A stretch of 64,000 bases of DNA. Source: an uncultured Gemmatimonadales bacterium. GTDB taxonomy: Bacteria; Gemmatimonadota; Gemmatimonadetes; Gemmatimonadales; GWC2-71-9. The position numbers and the translations under genes are program-made. Below, one piece after another: positions 52,750 to 63,507 of this stretch; within the stretch, counting starts at the first letter, position 1; every line of letters starts with the position of its first letter. Location of the stretch: positions 1,184,001 through 1,248,000 of the forward strand of contig CAWCFX010000001.1 in the NCBI GenBank assembly GCA_963795085.1. The letters run 5' to 3'. The notes below the pieces were generated by a model, which saw nothing but the letters and a program-made list of their open reading frames with translations, did not search any database and was not told the origin of the DNA.

Positions 52750-53286
52750 TCAGGCCGCCGGAAGACCATAGCGCTCCCGCAGGATTCTCAGATGATGGCG
52801 CTCGTGGCCTGGAATGATAAACGCCAGCGCCCGGACGCTGATCCGCGCATTGCTGGCTACGCCCCGGCGGTTCCACGCCGCGGCGTCGAGGCTTCGGAAG
52901 AGCGCCAGCGTTCCCCGCCGCACCACGGCCAGTTCTTCCACCAGGGTCCCCCACGCCTGGCGGTCGAACCCGGCCGCCTCGACATAGCGATTCTCGTCGA
53001 ATCCTTCCAGGGGCGTCTCGTCACCCCGCGCGATCCGCAGGGCCCGGTACCCGAAGATCCGCTCGGCGTCTACCAGGTGACCGATGATCTCCCGGATGCT
53101 CCACTTCCCCGGCGCATAACGGAACAGCGACTGGTCATCCGGGATGGTCCCGATCAGGGCCTGGGTGGCGATCGCCTGGGATTCCATCACGTGGACGGGG
53201 TCCGTCTCCAGGACTTCGCCCACGTATCCGGCATAAAAGGGCGAGTACTCGTCGGACATGGGACGGCCCAGCGAGGCTATAGCCAT
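52750..53286 (-). CDS. DinB family protein
   Basis: YAPGKWSIREIIGHLVDAER, GHERHH. Confidence 0.9.
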   Translation of the reverse strand: MAIASLGRPMSDEYSPFYAGYVGEVLETDPVHVMESQAIATQALIGTIPDDQSLFRYAPGKWSIREIIGHLVDAERIFGYRALRIARGDETPLEGFDENRYVEAAGFDRQAWGTLVEELAVVRRGTLALFRSLDAAAWNRRGVASNARISVRALAFIIPGHERHHLRILRERYGLPAA

Positions 53287-53366
53287 GGGGACATACTCCG
53301 GTGCTTGAAAGGCGCGGTGGGCATGGTGAGACTTGGGATTCCAGCTGTCATGGGATGGGCGGGAGG

Positions 53367-54116
53367 TCAGCCAATCGCTTTCACGATCTTCCGGATCCGG
53401 TGGGCATCAGTGTACTCGGCAACGTAATCAGAGGCAAGCGGCTGGGCCCGGAAGGTCAGTTGCCGGTTGCGGTGTTTCATCTCGCTTCGCACCTGCTGGG
53501 CCGCCCGGACGTGGATTTCGCGGGCGCCCGTCAGTTCGACGATCCGTGCCGCATTGGTTTCACTGATCCGCCCTCCGGGCAGGATGACCAGGCGACCGGC
53601 GGCTCGCTCGATCATCCGCACGATGGTACGGGTCCCCGCGAGGGCGGTGCGGGCCTGGCCCGAGGTGAGCACCCGGTCCACCCCGATCCGCGCGAGATCA
53701 TCCACCGCCTCCAGCGCATCCCGGCTCACGTCGATCGCCCGGTGAAAGGTCACGTCCAGGGGCCGGGCTTCCTCGACCAGCCGGGTCGTGCGCTCCGCGT
53801 CCACCGTTCCATCGGGCCGCAGGAGACCGAACACGACGCCGTCGGCGCCCAGCTCCTGCGCCGTGGCGATGTCCCGCCGCATCACCGCGAACTCGCTCTC
53901 GGAGTAAAGGAAATCACCACCTCGCGGACGAACCATCACGTACACCGGCAGGTCCACCCTGGCCCGGACCTCGGCGATCATCCCTCCGCTCGGGGTGATG
54001 CCGCCCTCGACGAGGCTCGCGCACAACTCCACTCGCCCGGCGCCACCGCGCTCGGCGGCAACGGCGGACTGGACCGTGTCGACCACGACCTCCACCATGA
54101 TGCGCGGCTTCGCCAT
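53367..54116 (-). CDS. cutC: Copper homeostasis protein CutC family
   Basis: RVELC...GGITPS, MVRPRGGDF, TFHRAID, VLTSG. Confidence 0.94.
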   Translation of the reverse strand: MAKPRIMVEVVVDTVQSAVAAERGGAGRVELCASLVEGGITPSGGMIAEVRARVDLPVYVMVRPRGGDFLYSESEFAVMRRDIATAQELGADGVVFGLLRPDGTVDAERTTRLVEEARPLDVTFHRAIDVSRDALEAVDDLARIGVDRVLTSGQARTALAGTRTIVRMIERAAGRLVILPGGRISETNAARIVELTGAREIHVRAAQQVRSEMKHRNRQLTFRAQPLASDYVAEYTDAHRIRKIVKAIG

Positions 54117-54151
54117 GATGCTCCGATTTCCGATGTTCGGTTCCCGCTCCG

Positions 54152-55060
54152 CTACGAATCGGCCGCCACGTAGGCGTCGATGACCGCCTGCTCGCCCGCC
54201 GTGCCGGGCCGGGAGTTGCCGTGCTCCATGCCGAGCACCCCCTGGTATCCCTTTTCCCGGATGTGGCGAAAGATATTCCGGTAGTTGACCTCCCCGGTGC
54301 CGGGTTCTTTCCGGCCGGGGTTGTCACCAATCTGGAAGTATGCTACCTCGTCCCAGGCGCGGTTGATATTGGGGATCAGGTTCCCCTCCGTGATCTGCTG
54401 GTGGTACAGGTCGAACAGGATCTTGCAGGCGGGGCTGCTCACCGCTTTGCAGACCTGGTAGGCCTGGGGGATCCTGGTCAGGAACTGCCCGGGGTGGTCC
54501 CGCAGATTGTTGAGCGGCTCAATGACGATCACCAGGCCGTGCGGGGCCAGGATTCCGGCCGCCTGCGTGAGCGATTCGACCACGTTGGCGGTCTGGTAGT
54601 CGAGGTGGAGCCGGGGGTCGACCAGCCCGGGCACGACCGTCATCCAGCGGGCGTTGACCCGCCGGGCTACATCCACCGAGTTACGAATGTCGGCGAGGAA
54701 GGCCTCCCGCTTGCCCGGGTCACCGCTGGTCAGGTTGGGGTCGTTCCAGCCGATCTTCGCGGCCACGAAGACGCCCATCGTCATGCCGTGCCGCGCCAGC
54801 GCCGCGGCGATGCGCACCTGTTCCGGCACCGGTCGTCCCGCCATGTCGTTGTCCTCCATGGCGGTGAATCCCCGTTCCGCCATGAAATCGATCTGGGACA
54901 CGGGATCGGGACCGGCATGCTGCTCGAACATGCCGAGGTGGGGGGCGTACCTGAGGGAAAAAGCGGAGGGCCGGGCCGACCCCACAGCCAGGGCAGGAGA
55001 GGCGAAGCCAGCGGCCGCGGCCGCGCCCAGGCCCGCGCCGACAAAATCCCGTCGCTTCAT
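54152..55060 (-). CDS. Tat-exported hydroxypyruvate isomerase / xylose-isomerase-like TIM barrel protein
   Basis: MKRRDFV Tat motif; IEPLN, DLYHQQ, GDNPGRKEPGTGE, GMEH. Confidence 0.9.
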   Translation of the reverse strand: MKRRDFVGAGLGAAAAAGFASPALAVGSARPSAFSLRYAPHLGMFEQHAGPDPVSQIDFMAERGFTAMEDNDMAGRPVPEQVRIAAALARHGMTMGVFVAAKIGWNDPNLTSGDPGKREAFLADIRNSVDVARRVNARWMTVVPGLVDPRLHLDYQTANVVESLTQAAGILAPHGLVIVIEPLNNLRDHPGQFLTRIPQAYQVCKAVSSPACKILFDLYHQQITEGNLIPNINRAWDEVAYFQIGDNPGRKEPGTGEVNYRNIFRHIREKGYQGVLGMEHGNSRPGTAGEQAVIDAYVAADS

Positions 55061-55063
55061 CGA

Positions 55064-56365
<1,302 letters not shown>

Positions 56366-56432
56366 GAGGAAACCTCCAGCCGTCAGTGAGCACTCCGCAC
56401 CAAAGCCAGAACCCAGTACTGGGTTTCGCGTC

Positions 56433-57200
56433 TTATTCTCGCACTATCCTGAAACCGACGAAGGGCGCGTCCGAGAGCCACCAGCGACTCTTGGGGTACT
56501 GGGGATCTCGCTCCTGCCAGCCGGTGGAGTACCCGGCCCGGGCGCCGGGGTGTGCCTCCGCCGGTGGGTCCCGCCAGGAGCCGCCCCTCGTGAGATGGCG
56601 GCCGTCGGGGCCGGTCACCCATTCGGCGGCGTTGCCCAGGAGGTCGTAAATCCCCAGGGCATCCGGGGCTCGGGAGCCCACCGGGTGAGATCTGCCGCCG
56701 GCGTTGCCGGCATACCAGGCCACCGAATCGAGCCGGGCGGATGCCACCGGGGCGTACCCGAAGCCGGCCGCGGCTGCTCTCGACCATTCCGCATCGGTTG
56801 GCAGACGATACCGCTTCCCGGTGACGGACGATAGCCACGCCGCGTAGGCCTCCGCCGCCGGGGCCGCGACGCTGATGGCGGGGTAGCCCTGGTGTCCCCA
56901 GCCATAATCGGGGGCGCCGTAGGGCCTGCTGGGGCGCGAAATGGCATCCGAGCCGGCCTCGCCGGCCGGTTGGTCGAGCCGGTAGGCGAAGACATCATAG
57001 GCATCCCAGGTCACCTCGGTCGCGCCAATCCAGAGCGCCGGCTCGCCCGGCAGGCGGACCATGACAAAGCTGACCAGGGTGCCCGGGATGGTATCGGCAT
57101 AGGCCGCCCGAACCGGTTCGGTGCGCATTCCGGCCGGGTCCGCCGCCGACGGCGCACAGGCCAGCAGGCATCCCGCGAGCGCGATTAGCTTGGATTTCAT
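56433..57200 (-). CDS. FGE-sulfatase (SUMF1)-domain lipoprotein
   Basis: Lipobox LLAC; TEVT, YRLPTDAEW, GIYDLLGNAAEW, RGGSW, GFRIV. Confidence 0.88.
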   Translation of the reverse strand: MKSKLIALAGCLLACAPSAADPAGMRTEPVRAAYADTIPGTLVSFVMVRLPGEPALWIGATEVTWDAYDVFAYRLDQPAGEAGSDAISRPSRPYGAPDYGWGHQGYPAISVAAPAAEAYAAWLSSVTGKRYRLPTDAEWSRAAAAGFGYAPVASARLDSVAWYAGNAGGRSHPVGSRAPDALGIYDLLGNAAEWVTGPDGRHLTRGGSWRDPPAEAHPGARAGYSTGWQERDPQYPKSRWWLSDAPFVGFRIVRE

Positions 57201-58140
57201 GCCTGTGAATCGACTCGTATGGGGCCCATATCTGCTGTTGCACGTTTTCCCCTGGCAGGCTGGCGCGCAGGAGCGTCTCGAGTTTGCCCAGGTCCACATG
57301 GGGATGGAGGTGCGAGTGGTGCTGTACGCCGATTCCGGGGTGGGAAGGCTGGCGGCAACGGCCGCCTTTGCGCGGATCCGGGTGCTCGAAGATATCCTGA
57401 GCGACTACCGAGACGAAAGCGAGGTGCGCCGGCTCGCCCGGAGGCCGGGGGAGTGGATCCCGGTCTCGGCGGACCTCTTTTCCGTTCTGAGCCTGGCGCT
57501 CGAGCTGGCCGAGGCGAGCCAGGGGGCGTTCGATCCCACGGTGGGAGCGCTGGTGGCGTTGTGGCGGGAGGCACGAGTGACCGCCCGCCTGCCCGACTCC
57601 GCGGCACTGGCCGATGTCAGGCAGCGGGTTGGGTGGCGCCTGGTCCTTCTGGATTCGGCCCGGTCCGCGGCCCGCTTCGCACGGGATGGTATGCGGCTGG
57701 ACCTGGGAGCGGTCGCCAAGGGTTATATCCTGGACGAGGCGCTGGCGGCGGCCCGCACGGCGGGAGCGAGCCGCGCGCTGATCCGGGCCGGCGGGGATAT
57801 CGTCACCGGCGACGCACCGCCGGGCCGCACCGGATGGGCGATACGGGCCGACGATGCCGGCGCCCCAATCGCGGCGGCCGCCGGCTCCCTGGTGAACGCG
57901 GCGCTCTCGACGTCCGGGGACAGTGAGCAATTTGTCATGCTCGGCGGGGTGCGGTATTCCCACGTGCTGGATGCGCGGAGCGGGTGGCCCCTGACGCACC
58001 GAAGGCGGGCCTGGGTGATCGCCCCGCGAGGCGCCCTCGCCGACGGCCTGGCCACCGCGCTTACGATCGTGGGTACTGAGGAGACTGCCGGGTTGCTCGC
58101 CCGCTATCCCGGCGTGATCGCCGGCGTGACGCCTCGCTGA
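57199..58140 (+). CDS. apbE: FAD:protein FMN transferase ApbE
   Basis: HMG, SQGAFDPTVG, LDLGAVAKGY, STSGD, SHVLDARSG, ADGLATA; start uncertain. Confidence 0.92.
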   Translation: MPVNRLVWGPYLLLHVFPWQAGAQERLEFAQVHMGMEVRVVLYADSGVGRLAATAAFARIRVLEDILSDYRDESEVRRLARRPGEWIPVSADLFSVLSLALELAEASQGAFDPTVGALVALWREARVTARLPDSAALADVRQRVGWRLVLLDSARSAARFARDGMRLDLGAVAKGYILDEALAAARTAGASRALIRAGGDIVTGDAPPGRTGWAIRADDAGAPIAAAAGSLVNAALSTSGDSEQFVMLGGVRYSHVLDARSGWPLTHRRRAWVIAPRGALADGLATALTIVGTEETAGLLARYPGVIAGVTPR

Positions 58141-58142
58141 CG

Positions 58143-58883
58143 CTATTTCCGGTTCGAGTTCCAGACCCGGCCCGCCTGGGCGGCGATGTTCGGCATGGTC
58201 CGCCCCGATACCACCGAGGTCTCGTACTCCCCGGTGACATCCGAGTCGGGCCTGGCGTACTCATCCCGGTGTTTGATCAGCAGCCATTCGTTCTTGCCCC
58301 GGTCGGCACGGCGGGTGCGCACCAGCACGAATGATCCCTTCAGCCGTTCGCCCAGCAGGACAAACTTGAGGTCTCCTTTGGCGTAGCCACGGCGGAGCCC
58401 GGCCAGCGGAGCCAGGTCGGTGTCGCCATACGTATAGATGCCCCGGTCCCAGAGCATCACCGTGCCGCCGCCATACTGGCCCTTCGGAATGATGCCTTCG
58501 AATTCGTTGTACTCCACCGGGTGATCCTCGACTTCCATCGCCAGCCGCTTGACAGCCGGGTCCATGCTGGGTCCCTTGGGGACCGCCCAGCTTTTCATCA
58601 CCCCGTCCAGCTCCAGCCGCAGATCGTAGTGAAGCCGGGTCGCGGCATGCTTCTGTATCACGAAGACCAGGCTGGCCGCCGCGCTCGTCCCGCCACCTTC
58701 AGGCTCAGCGGTTACCGTGAAGTCGCGCTTCTTCTGATATTCCGCCAGTTTCGCTCCGGCCTTGCTGGCCGGGGGTGGGCCCGCGGCCTTCCTGGTGCGG
58801 GTGGCTTTCTTCCCGGTTCCAGATGCTTTCGCGGCCGGTTTCGAAGCTGGTTTGGGGGATGATTTTTTCTTGCCGGTTGGCAT
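58143..58883 (-). CDS. Stand-alone LigD 3'-phosphoesterase domain protein
   Basis: YQKKRDF..EP, FVIQKHAATRLHYDLRLE, SWAVPKGPS, EDHP, YGGGTVMLWD. Confidence 0.92.
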   Translation of the reverse strand: MPTGKKKSSPKPASKPAAKASGTGKKATRTRKAAGPPPASKAGAKLAEYQKKRDFTVTAEPEGGGTSAAASLVFVIQKHAATRLHYDLRLELDGVMKSWAVPKGPSMDPAVKRLAMEVEDHPVEYNEFEGIIPKGQYGGGTVMLWDRGIYTYGDTDLAPLAGLRRGYAKGDLKFVLLGERLKGSFVLVRTRRADRGKNEWLLIKHRDEYARPDSDVTGEYETSVVSGRTMPNIAAQAGRVWNSNRK

Positions 58884-58898
58884 CGGGTCTCCTGAGGC

Positions 58899-59333
58899 TC
58901 AGTCCCCCGAATGTAGCGGACGTCGGGGCTGCCGCTGTGACCCAATGCTCATCGCGGCCCCGGAGTCTCTCAGCAGATCACCGAGAACCGATCGGTGGCA
59001 GCGTTTCTCATCCTCGCAGTAGCACCCCACCGCGAGGTCGGTCTGTCGGGAGAGCAGCGCCAGGAGCCGGATGATCCGGCTGGGGACCGGTCGGGCCATT
59101 TCCCGCCGGTAGCGCCGGGCAAAGGCTTCCCACTGGCGGGGTGTTATCGCGCCGGCCTGGACCGACGCCACCAGCTCTGCGCTGGGCGCCAGTTCGGGGA
59201 GCCAGGTGTCGAACCAGCCATCCGGGGACCACCGCTCCTTCGGCACGCCCCGGGGCGGGCGCCGCACGGTGCCGATGCGAAGGCCTTCACCCGGAACGCG
59301 GTCCGAACCCAGCCGCACCACCCGAAGCGCCAT
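58899..59333 (-). CDS. DUF488 family protein
   Basis: RRPPRGVPKE, WLPELAPS, CYCEDEKRCHRSVL. Confidence 0.85.
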   Translation of the reverse strand: MALRVVRLGSDRVPGEGLRIGTVRRPPRGVPKERWSPDGWFDTWLPELAPSAELVASVQAGAITPRQWEAFARRYRREMARPVPSRIIRLLALLSRQTDLAVGCYCEDEKRCHRSVLGDLLRDSGAAMSIGSQRQPRRPLHSGD

Positions 59334-59343
59334 GGCTTCCCCC

Positions 59344-59913
59344 TCACCCGCCGATGGCGGATTTGATCCGGGCCAGCTGGCGCTGGTGGACCAGGTCGTG
59401 GCCGGCATACATCTCCATCATCCTCGTCAGGCTCTCTTCACCCCGCTCGGCATGGATACCAACCCGCGCCCGTTCCGCCGGCGTGGTCTCCAGGAGCAGC
59501 CGCAGGTTGCAGGCGCGCAGCGCATCGAACTGCTCGAGCGCGAGAGCGAGGGTGGCCCGGTCGTAGTGCAGGCGGCTGGCCCAGCGGTCCTGGTCATAGC
59601 CGGGGATAGGGGGGCGGTCATGGGCGAGCGTCATCCGGAACCGGAAGGCACCGACGATCTCCGAGTCGGCCAGATGCTGCACCACCTGGGCCAGCGACCA
59701 TTTGCCCGGCTTTTCCGGCTCGCCCAGTTTGCCGGCGGCTACGCCATCGAGCAGGCGGCGGAGGGCCGCCGGGGTTTCACGCATGACCTGGAGCGGATCC
59801 CGGCCCGCCAGAGCGTCCAGGAGGGAGGCGATGTACGCATCGGGCTGTGCCGCGGGGTCGGGCGCCGCGGACGCCGGTCGTCCACCGGCGATGGCGGGAT
59901 CATTGCTTGGCAT
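59344..59913 (-). CDS. DinB family protein
   Basis: PGKWSLAQVVQHLADSE, GYDQDRWA, AGHDLVH. Confidence 0.88.
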   Translation of the reverse strand: MPSNDPAIAGGRPASAAPDPAAQPDAYIASLLDALAGRDPLQVMRETPAALRRLLDGVAAGKLGEPEKPGKWSLAQVVQHLADSEIVGAFRFRMTLAHDRPPIPGYDQDRWASRLHYDRATLALALEQFDALRACNLRLLLETTPAERARVGIHAERGEESLTRMMEMYAGHDLVHQRQLARIKSAIGG

Positions 59914-60328
59914 TGGCGTCCAGACCGGCCGAGTCTTCATAGGCCGCGTTGATGAGCCTGGTCAGCGTGGGGAGGTGGATGTCCTCGAGTTTCCGGACAG
60001 ACAGGCAGGACACGCCGAGCTTGTGCTTGCCCAGCTTCTTGAGCAGGTGGGGATACCGCCGGAGGCCGGGCATGATGTAAATCGACAAGTTCCCTTTTCG
60101 GGGAGAGAACCCGATCCGGGGCCAGTCGCCCTCCCGGCCGGAGGCGTACCCGTAGTGGAAGGATCCAAACCCGACGATGGCCGGGCCCCACATGACGGGG
60201 CGCTTGCCGCTGGCTTTCTTCATCAAGCCGAGGACGGTCCGGGCGTCCGCCCGCTGGACCGGGTCCTCGATTCCGTGGATGAAGGCGGTCACGCTTTTCC
60301 GGGTTGGTCGGGTCTTGAGCTCCGCCAT
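59900..60328 (-). CDS. DUF1801 family protein
   Basis: MWGPAIVGFG..HY.YASGREGDW, GFSPRK, LGKHK. Confidence 0.88.
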   Translation of the reverse strand: MAELKTRPTRKSVTAFIHGIEDPVQRADARTVLGLMKKASGKRPVMWGPAIVGFGSFHYGYASGREGDWPRIGFSPRKGNLSIYIMPGLRRYPHLLKKLGKHKLGVSCLSVRKLEDIHLPTLTRLINAAYEDSAGLDANAKQ

Positions 60329-60358
60329 GGTATCCATCCCAAGGGAAACGGCTGACGA

Positions 60359-60754
60359 TCAGCGCGGGAGATTGTGCCGCACCGAGCGATATCCCAGCCC
60401 GAGGATGATCGTACCGGGAATTTCGATTGCCAGCGCGATCAGAATTATGCCGCCGGGCCAGATCCCGGTCGCCGCCAGCCCGAGGATCCGGGCCGCTGCC
60501 AGCCCGGCGAAAACAATCGCGCCGGCAAAGAGGCCGGGCCCCGTCCATGCCGTTCGCCGGCTGGCGAGAAGGAAGAAAATGCCCAGGGCAAGCTGGACGC
60601 CCCCGTAGGTCGCCGCGAAATCAATTCGCGCGGTGGGCGATGGCAGGGGTATCTCGGTCAGCCGGGCCATGGGCAGCGGCCAGAGCAGGTAGGCGGCGCC
60701 GAAGCCCAGGAACCCGAGCGCGGTCAGCAGGAGGGCCAGCCGGGGCCAGGTCAT
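60359..60754 (-). CDS. Small membrane protein (DUF4345-like)
   Basis: Four TMs, ATYGG motif. Confidence 0.7.
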   Translation of the reverse strand: MTWPRLALLLTALGFLGFGAAYLLWPLPMARLTEIPLPSPTARIDFAATYGGVQLALGIFFLLASRRTAWTGPGLFAGAIVFAGLAAARILGLAATGIWPGGIILIALAIEIPGTIILGLGYRSVRHNLPR

Positions 60755-60788
60755 GGATGACTAGATATACCCTCAGCGGCGGACTCGC

Positions 60789-61640
60789 TCAAGGGAATGC
60801 GATCATGAGTCCACCCTGCAGCACCCAATCCGGGGACTTGGAGGAGAGCCCGATCTGGCTGTCGAACTTGAGTGACTCCCGGCGGGTCAAGGTGACGAGA
60901 ATGCCGGGAATCTGTTCCCATATGGCCAGCGCTCCGGTTTCCCCACCTTCAAGAATGATATGGGTGCGCACCGCCGGCGAGAACCGGCGGATCCACTCGA
61001 GGCTGACCTCTCCGAAATCGAGCTTCGATTCCCGGTGGTTGTACTCCAGCCCCAGCCGGCCCTGGACGGTCCCCACCCCGGTGCCTTTGACGAACCCGAT
61101 ACCGGGCTTGATATCAAAGTCCGGTTCTCCGACCAGGACCGACCGGGTCTGGGTGGGAATCACGACTTCCGCATAGGCGAAGAGTTCCGGCGTGCGCCGG
61201 CTTTCGGTCCGGAGCCGGGTTCGGAACTGCCCCTCGATGTCGGCAATGCCGGATTCCTCCCGGGGGAGCCCGGTCGGAAAGGTGTCTCCGGGGGCCCGGT
61301 CCAGCCGGGCGTGGACGTAGGCCGCCTCCATCTCGACCGCGAGCCAGTTGGTGACCCCATAGCCTACCCAGAGCTGGGCGGACCAGGATCGCAGCCGGGC
61401 GCGGATATCCACATCGGGGCCGGCCCCGAACTCGGTCGGCTGATATTGGTGATCGGCATCGCGCAGGTACTTCGAAGAACGGTAGAGCATGAGGCGGCCT
61501 TGCTCGATGTAGGTTCCGAACAGGGACGCCGGGATGCCGGTGCCCCGGTCGGCAAACGAGCGGGCAACCGGTGTCTCCTGGGCCAGGGCGGGAGCAGCGC
61601 ATAGCAGCAGCAGCGCGGTGAGGGTGGGTCGAAAGGTCAT
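60789..61640 (-). CDS. Secreted/outer-membrane beta-rich hypothetical protein
   Basis: Signal peptide (APALAQ); alternating beta-strand pattern; GIADI motif; aromatic residue near the C-terminus. Confidence 0.65.
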   Translation of the reverse strand: MTFRPTLTALLLLCAAPALAQETPVARSFADRGTGIPASLFGTYIEQGRLMLYRSSKYLRDADHQYQPTEFGAGPDVDIRARLRSWSAQLWVGYGVTNWLAVEMEAAYVHARLDRAPGDTFPTGLPREESGIADIEGQFRTRLRTESRRTPELFAYAEVVIPTQTRSVLVGEPDFDIKPGIGFVKGTGVGTVQGRLGLEYNHRESKLDFGEVSLEWIRRFSPAVRTHIILEGGETGALAIWEQIPGILVTLTRRESLKFDSQIGLSSKSPDWVLQGGLMIAFP

Positions 61641-61755
61641 GGGTGTCTCCGAAGGGGCCGGACAAGGAACCGGTACCGGGGCCGCGGCGTGACAATTTGC
61701 GGATTGTTCCCCCCCATGGCATCTTCGACCCGGCTGGCCCAGATCAGGAGACTCT

Positions 61756-62512
61756 ATGATGTTCGCCCTCGTGCTGGCCTTCCAGGCGGGCCAGGCAACT
61801 GTCTCCGGTGACCTGCGTGACAGCGAATCCGGCCGGCCCCTGGTGCATGCCAGCGTTCACCTCACCAACCTGGACCGGCAGGTCCTCACCGACGCCCAGG
61901 GCCGCTACACCCTGTCCAATGTACCGCCCGGCCCCCAGCACCTCACCTTCCGGCTGATCGGTTACACCCCCCGCACGCTGGACGCCCTGGTGCCGCGGGA
62001 GGGCCGGCTGGAAATCAGCGTCACGCTGCGGGCCCACCCGCTGGAACTGGCACCGCTCAACGTGACCGCTACGACCGGGGCGGGCGCGTGAACCCGACGG
62101 CGCATTCTGGTTCGCGGCGGATCACTCGACGTCCCTCGCCGACATCCGGCTCCATCCGCTCCTGGCCGAGCCGGATGCGCTGCAGTCCATTGCCAGTGGC
62201 GACATCGTGGTAGATCCCGAGTCACCCGCCGGTGTTCACCTCCGGGGGGAGCCTCCGACCAGGTGAGCGACACGCTTGACGGCATCCCCGTGTTCAACCC
62301 GTACCATGTCGGCGGGATGTTCACGGCCTGGAATCCTGATGCGCTCGCCACCCTGGAGGTATCCACCTCCAGCCCGTCCCCGGACCTGCCGCCCTCGCTC
62401 TCGGGCACCATCGCAGCGACCACCCGCTCCCCGGGTAGTCGCCACGAGATGCAGGGGAGCCTCAGTACCGACCAGGCCCGGCTTACGATGCATGGCCCCA
62501 TCGCCGGCGGCA
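61756..62512 (+). pseudogene. TonB-dependent receptor N-terminal fragment with two frameshifts
   Basis: Carboxypeptidase-regulatory-like domain (TDAQGRY..VPPG..IGY); continues in a second frame (HPLLAEPDALQ..GVHLRG) and a third frame (GASDQ..LDGIPVFNPYH); no barrel. Confidence 0.75.
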
Positions 62513-62682
62513 GGATGCCGGAGAGGGAACGTCACATGCTGCTGCTGCGGGCGGAAGGGTACAGCTACCGGGAGATCGCCGGGGCGTTGGAAATAAACGA
62601 GGCCAGCGTCGGAGTATTCCTGGCCCGGGCCAAGGAGGCCTTTCGCGGCCACTTCGAGGCGCTTGCCGATGCATCTCACTGA
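62513..62682 (+). pseudogene. ECF sigma factor region-4 fragment
   Basis: MPERERHMLLLRAEGYSYREIA..SVGVFLARA; region 2 absent. Confidence 0.75.
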
Positions 62683-63085
62683 AGAGCAGGTCCAGCGCGC
62701 CCTTCACGGGGAGGCCCCGGATGCGTCGCTGGAGGAGCATCTCGCCACCTGTGCGGCCTGCCGCCAGGCGCTCGCCCGGGCTGCCGCGGATGAAGCCGGG
62801 ATCCTGGCGCTGCTGGGGTCGCTGGATGCGGAACCGCCGGCTCTGAGCGCGGACACCATCGCGGCGCTGGCTCGAGGGCGCCGTCCGGCCAGGGCCGGCT
62901 TCCGGTGGGCGGCCGCGCTGCTCCTTGCCTCCGGACTCGCCGAGGTGGCCTATGCTGTCCCGGGTTCGCCCGTTCGCCGCTGGGTCAGCGAGTTCCTGGG
63001 GTCTGCGTCCATCCCGGCTCCCGAGCCAGCCTGCGTGGAGAACAACTCCGTCCTCAATTTTCGGGGAGGACGTGGACAACTATGA
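62669..63085 (+). pseudogene. Zinc-binding (ZAS) anti-sigma factor, probably C-terminally truncated
   Basis: HL..EEHLATCAACR (HxxxCxxC) followed by a TM segment. Confidence 0.7.
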
Positions 63086-63402
63086 AAACGGCGAGTCGGG
63101 ACCATGCCGGCAGCTGGCGCCACGGTACCGCCGGAGCGGTCGCCGGCCTCATCATGCCCGGGCTGCCGCTGCTGGGCTCCCGTTATTACCAGGAGATCGC
63201 ACCGGGCGTGGCCCTGGACCGGGCGGAGATTACGCAACTCAACGCCGACCTGCGTACGCCCTACCGGCCATTCCGTGAGGTCCTGGTGACGGAAGAGACG
63301 ACCCCCCTGGAACCCGACCTCGTCGAGTACAAATATTATGTGGCTGGTATTGGATTGACGGCGGACGGCGATCTCAAGCTGGTCGGCTTCACGGCGCCGT
63401 AG
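63060..63402 (+). pseudogene. C-terminal fragment of a hypothetical protein, frameshifted
   Basis: FGEDVDNYENGE in one frame continues as DHAGSWRHG..GLIMPG..YYQEIAPGVALDRAE..KYYVAGIG in another; no start region. Confidence 0.6.
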
Positions 63403-63507
63403 GGGCTTCCGGCGTCGCCACTTTCCGGGGTCCTTCAGCGTAGGGGTGTGGCATCTCCGGTTTCCGGGTATACATTCCCGGTCGATCCCATCCAACGAGG
63501 AGGACCC

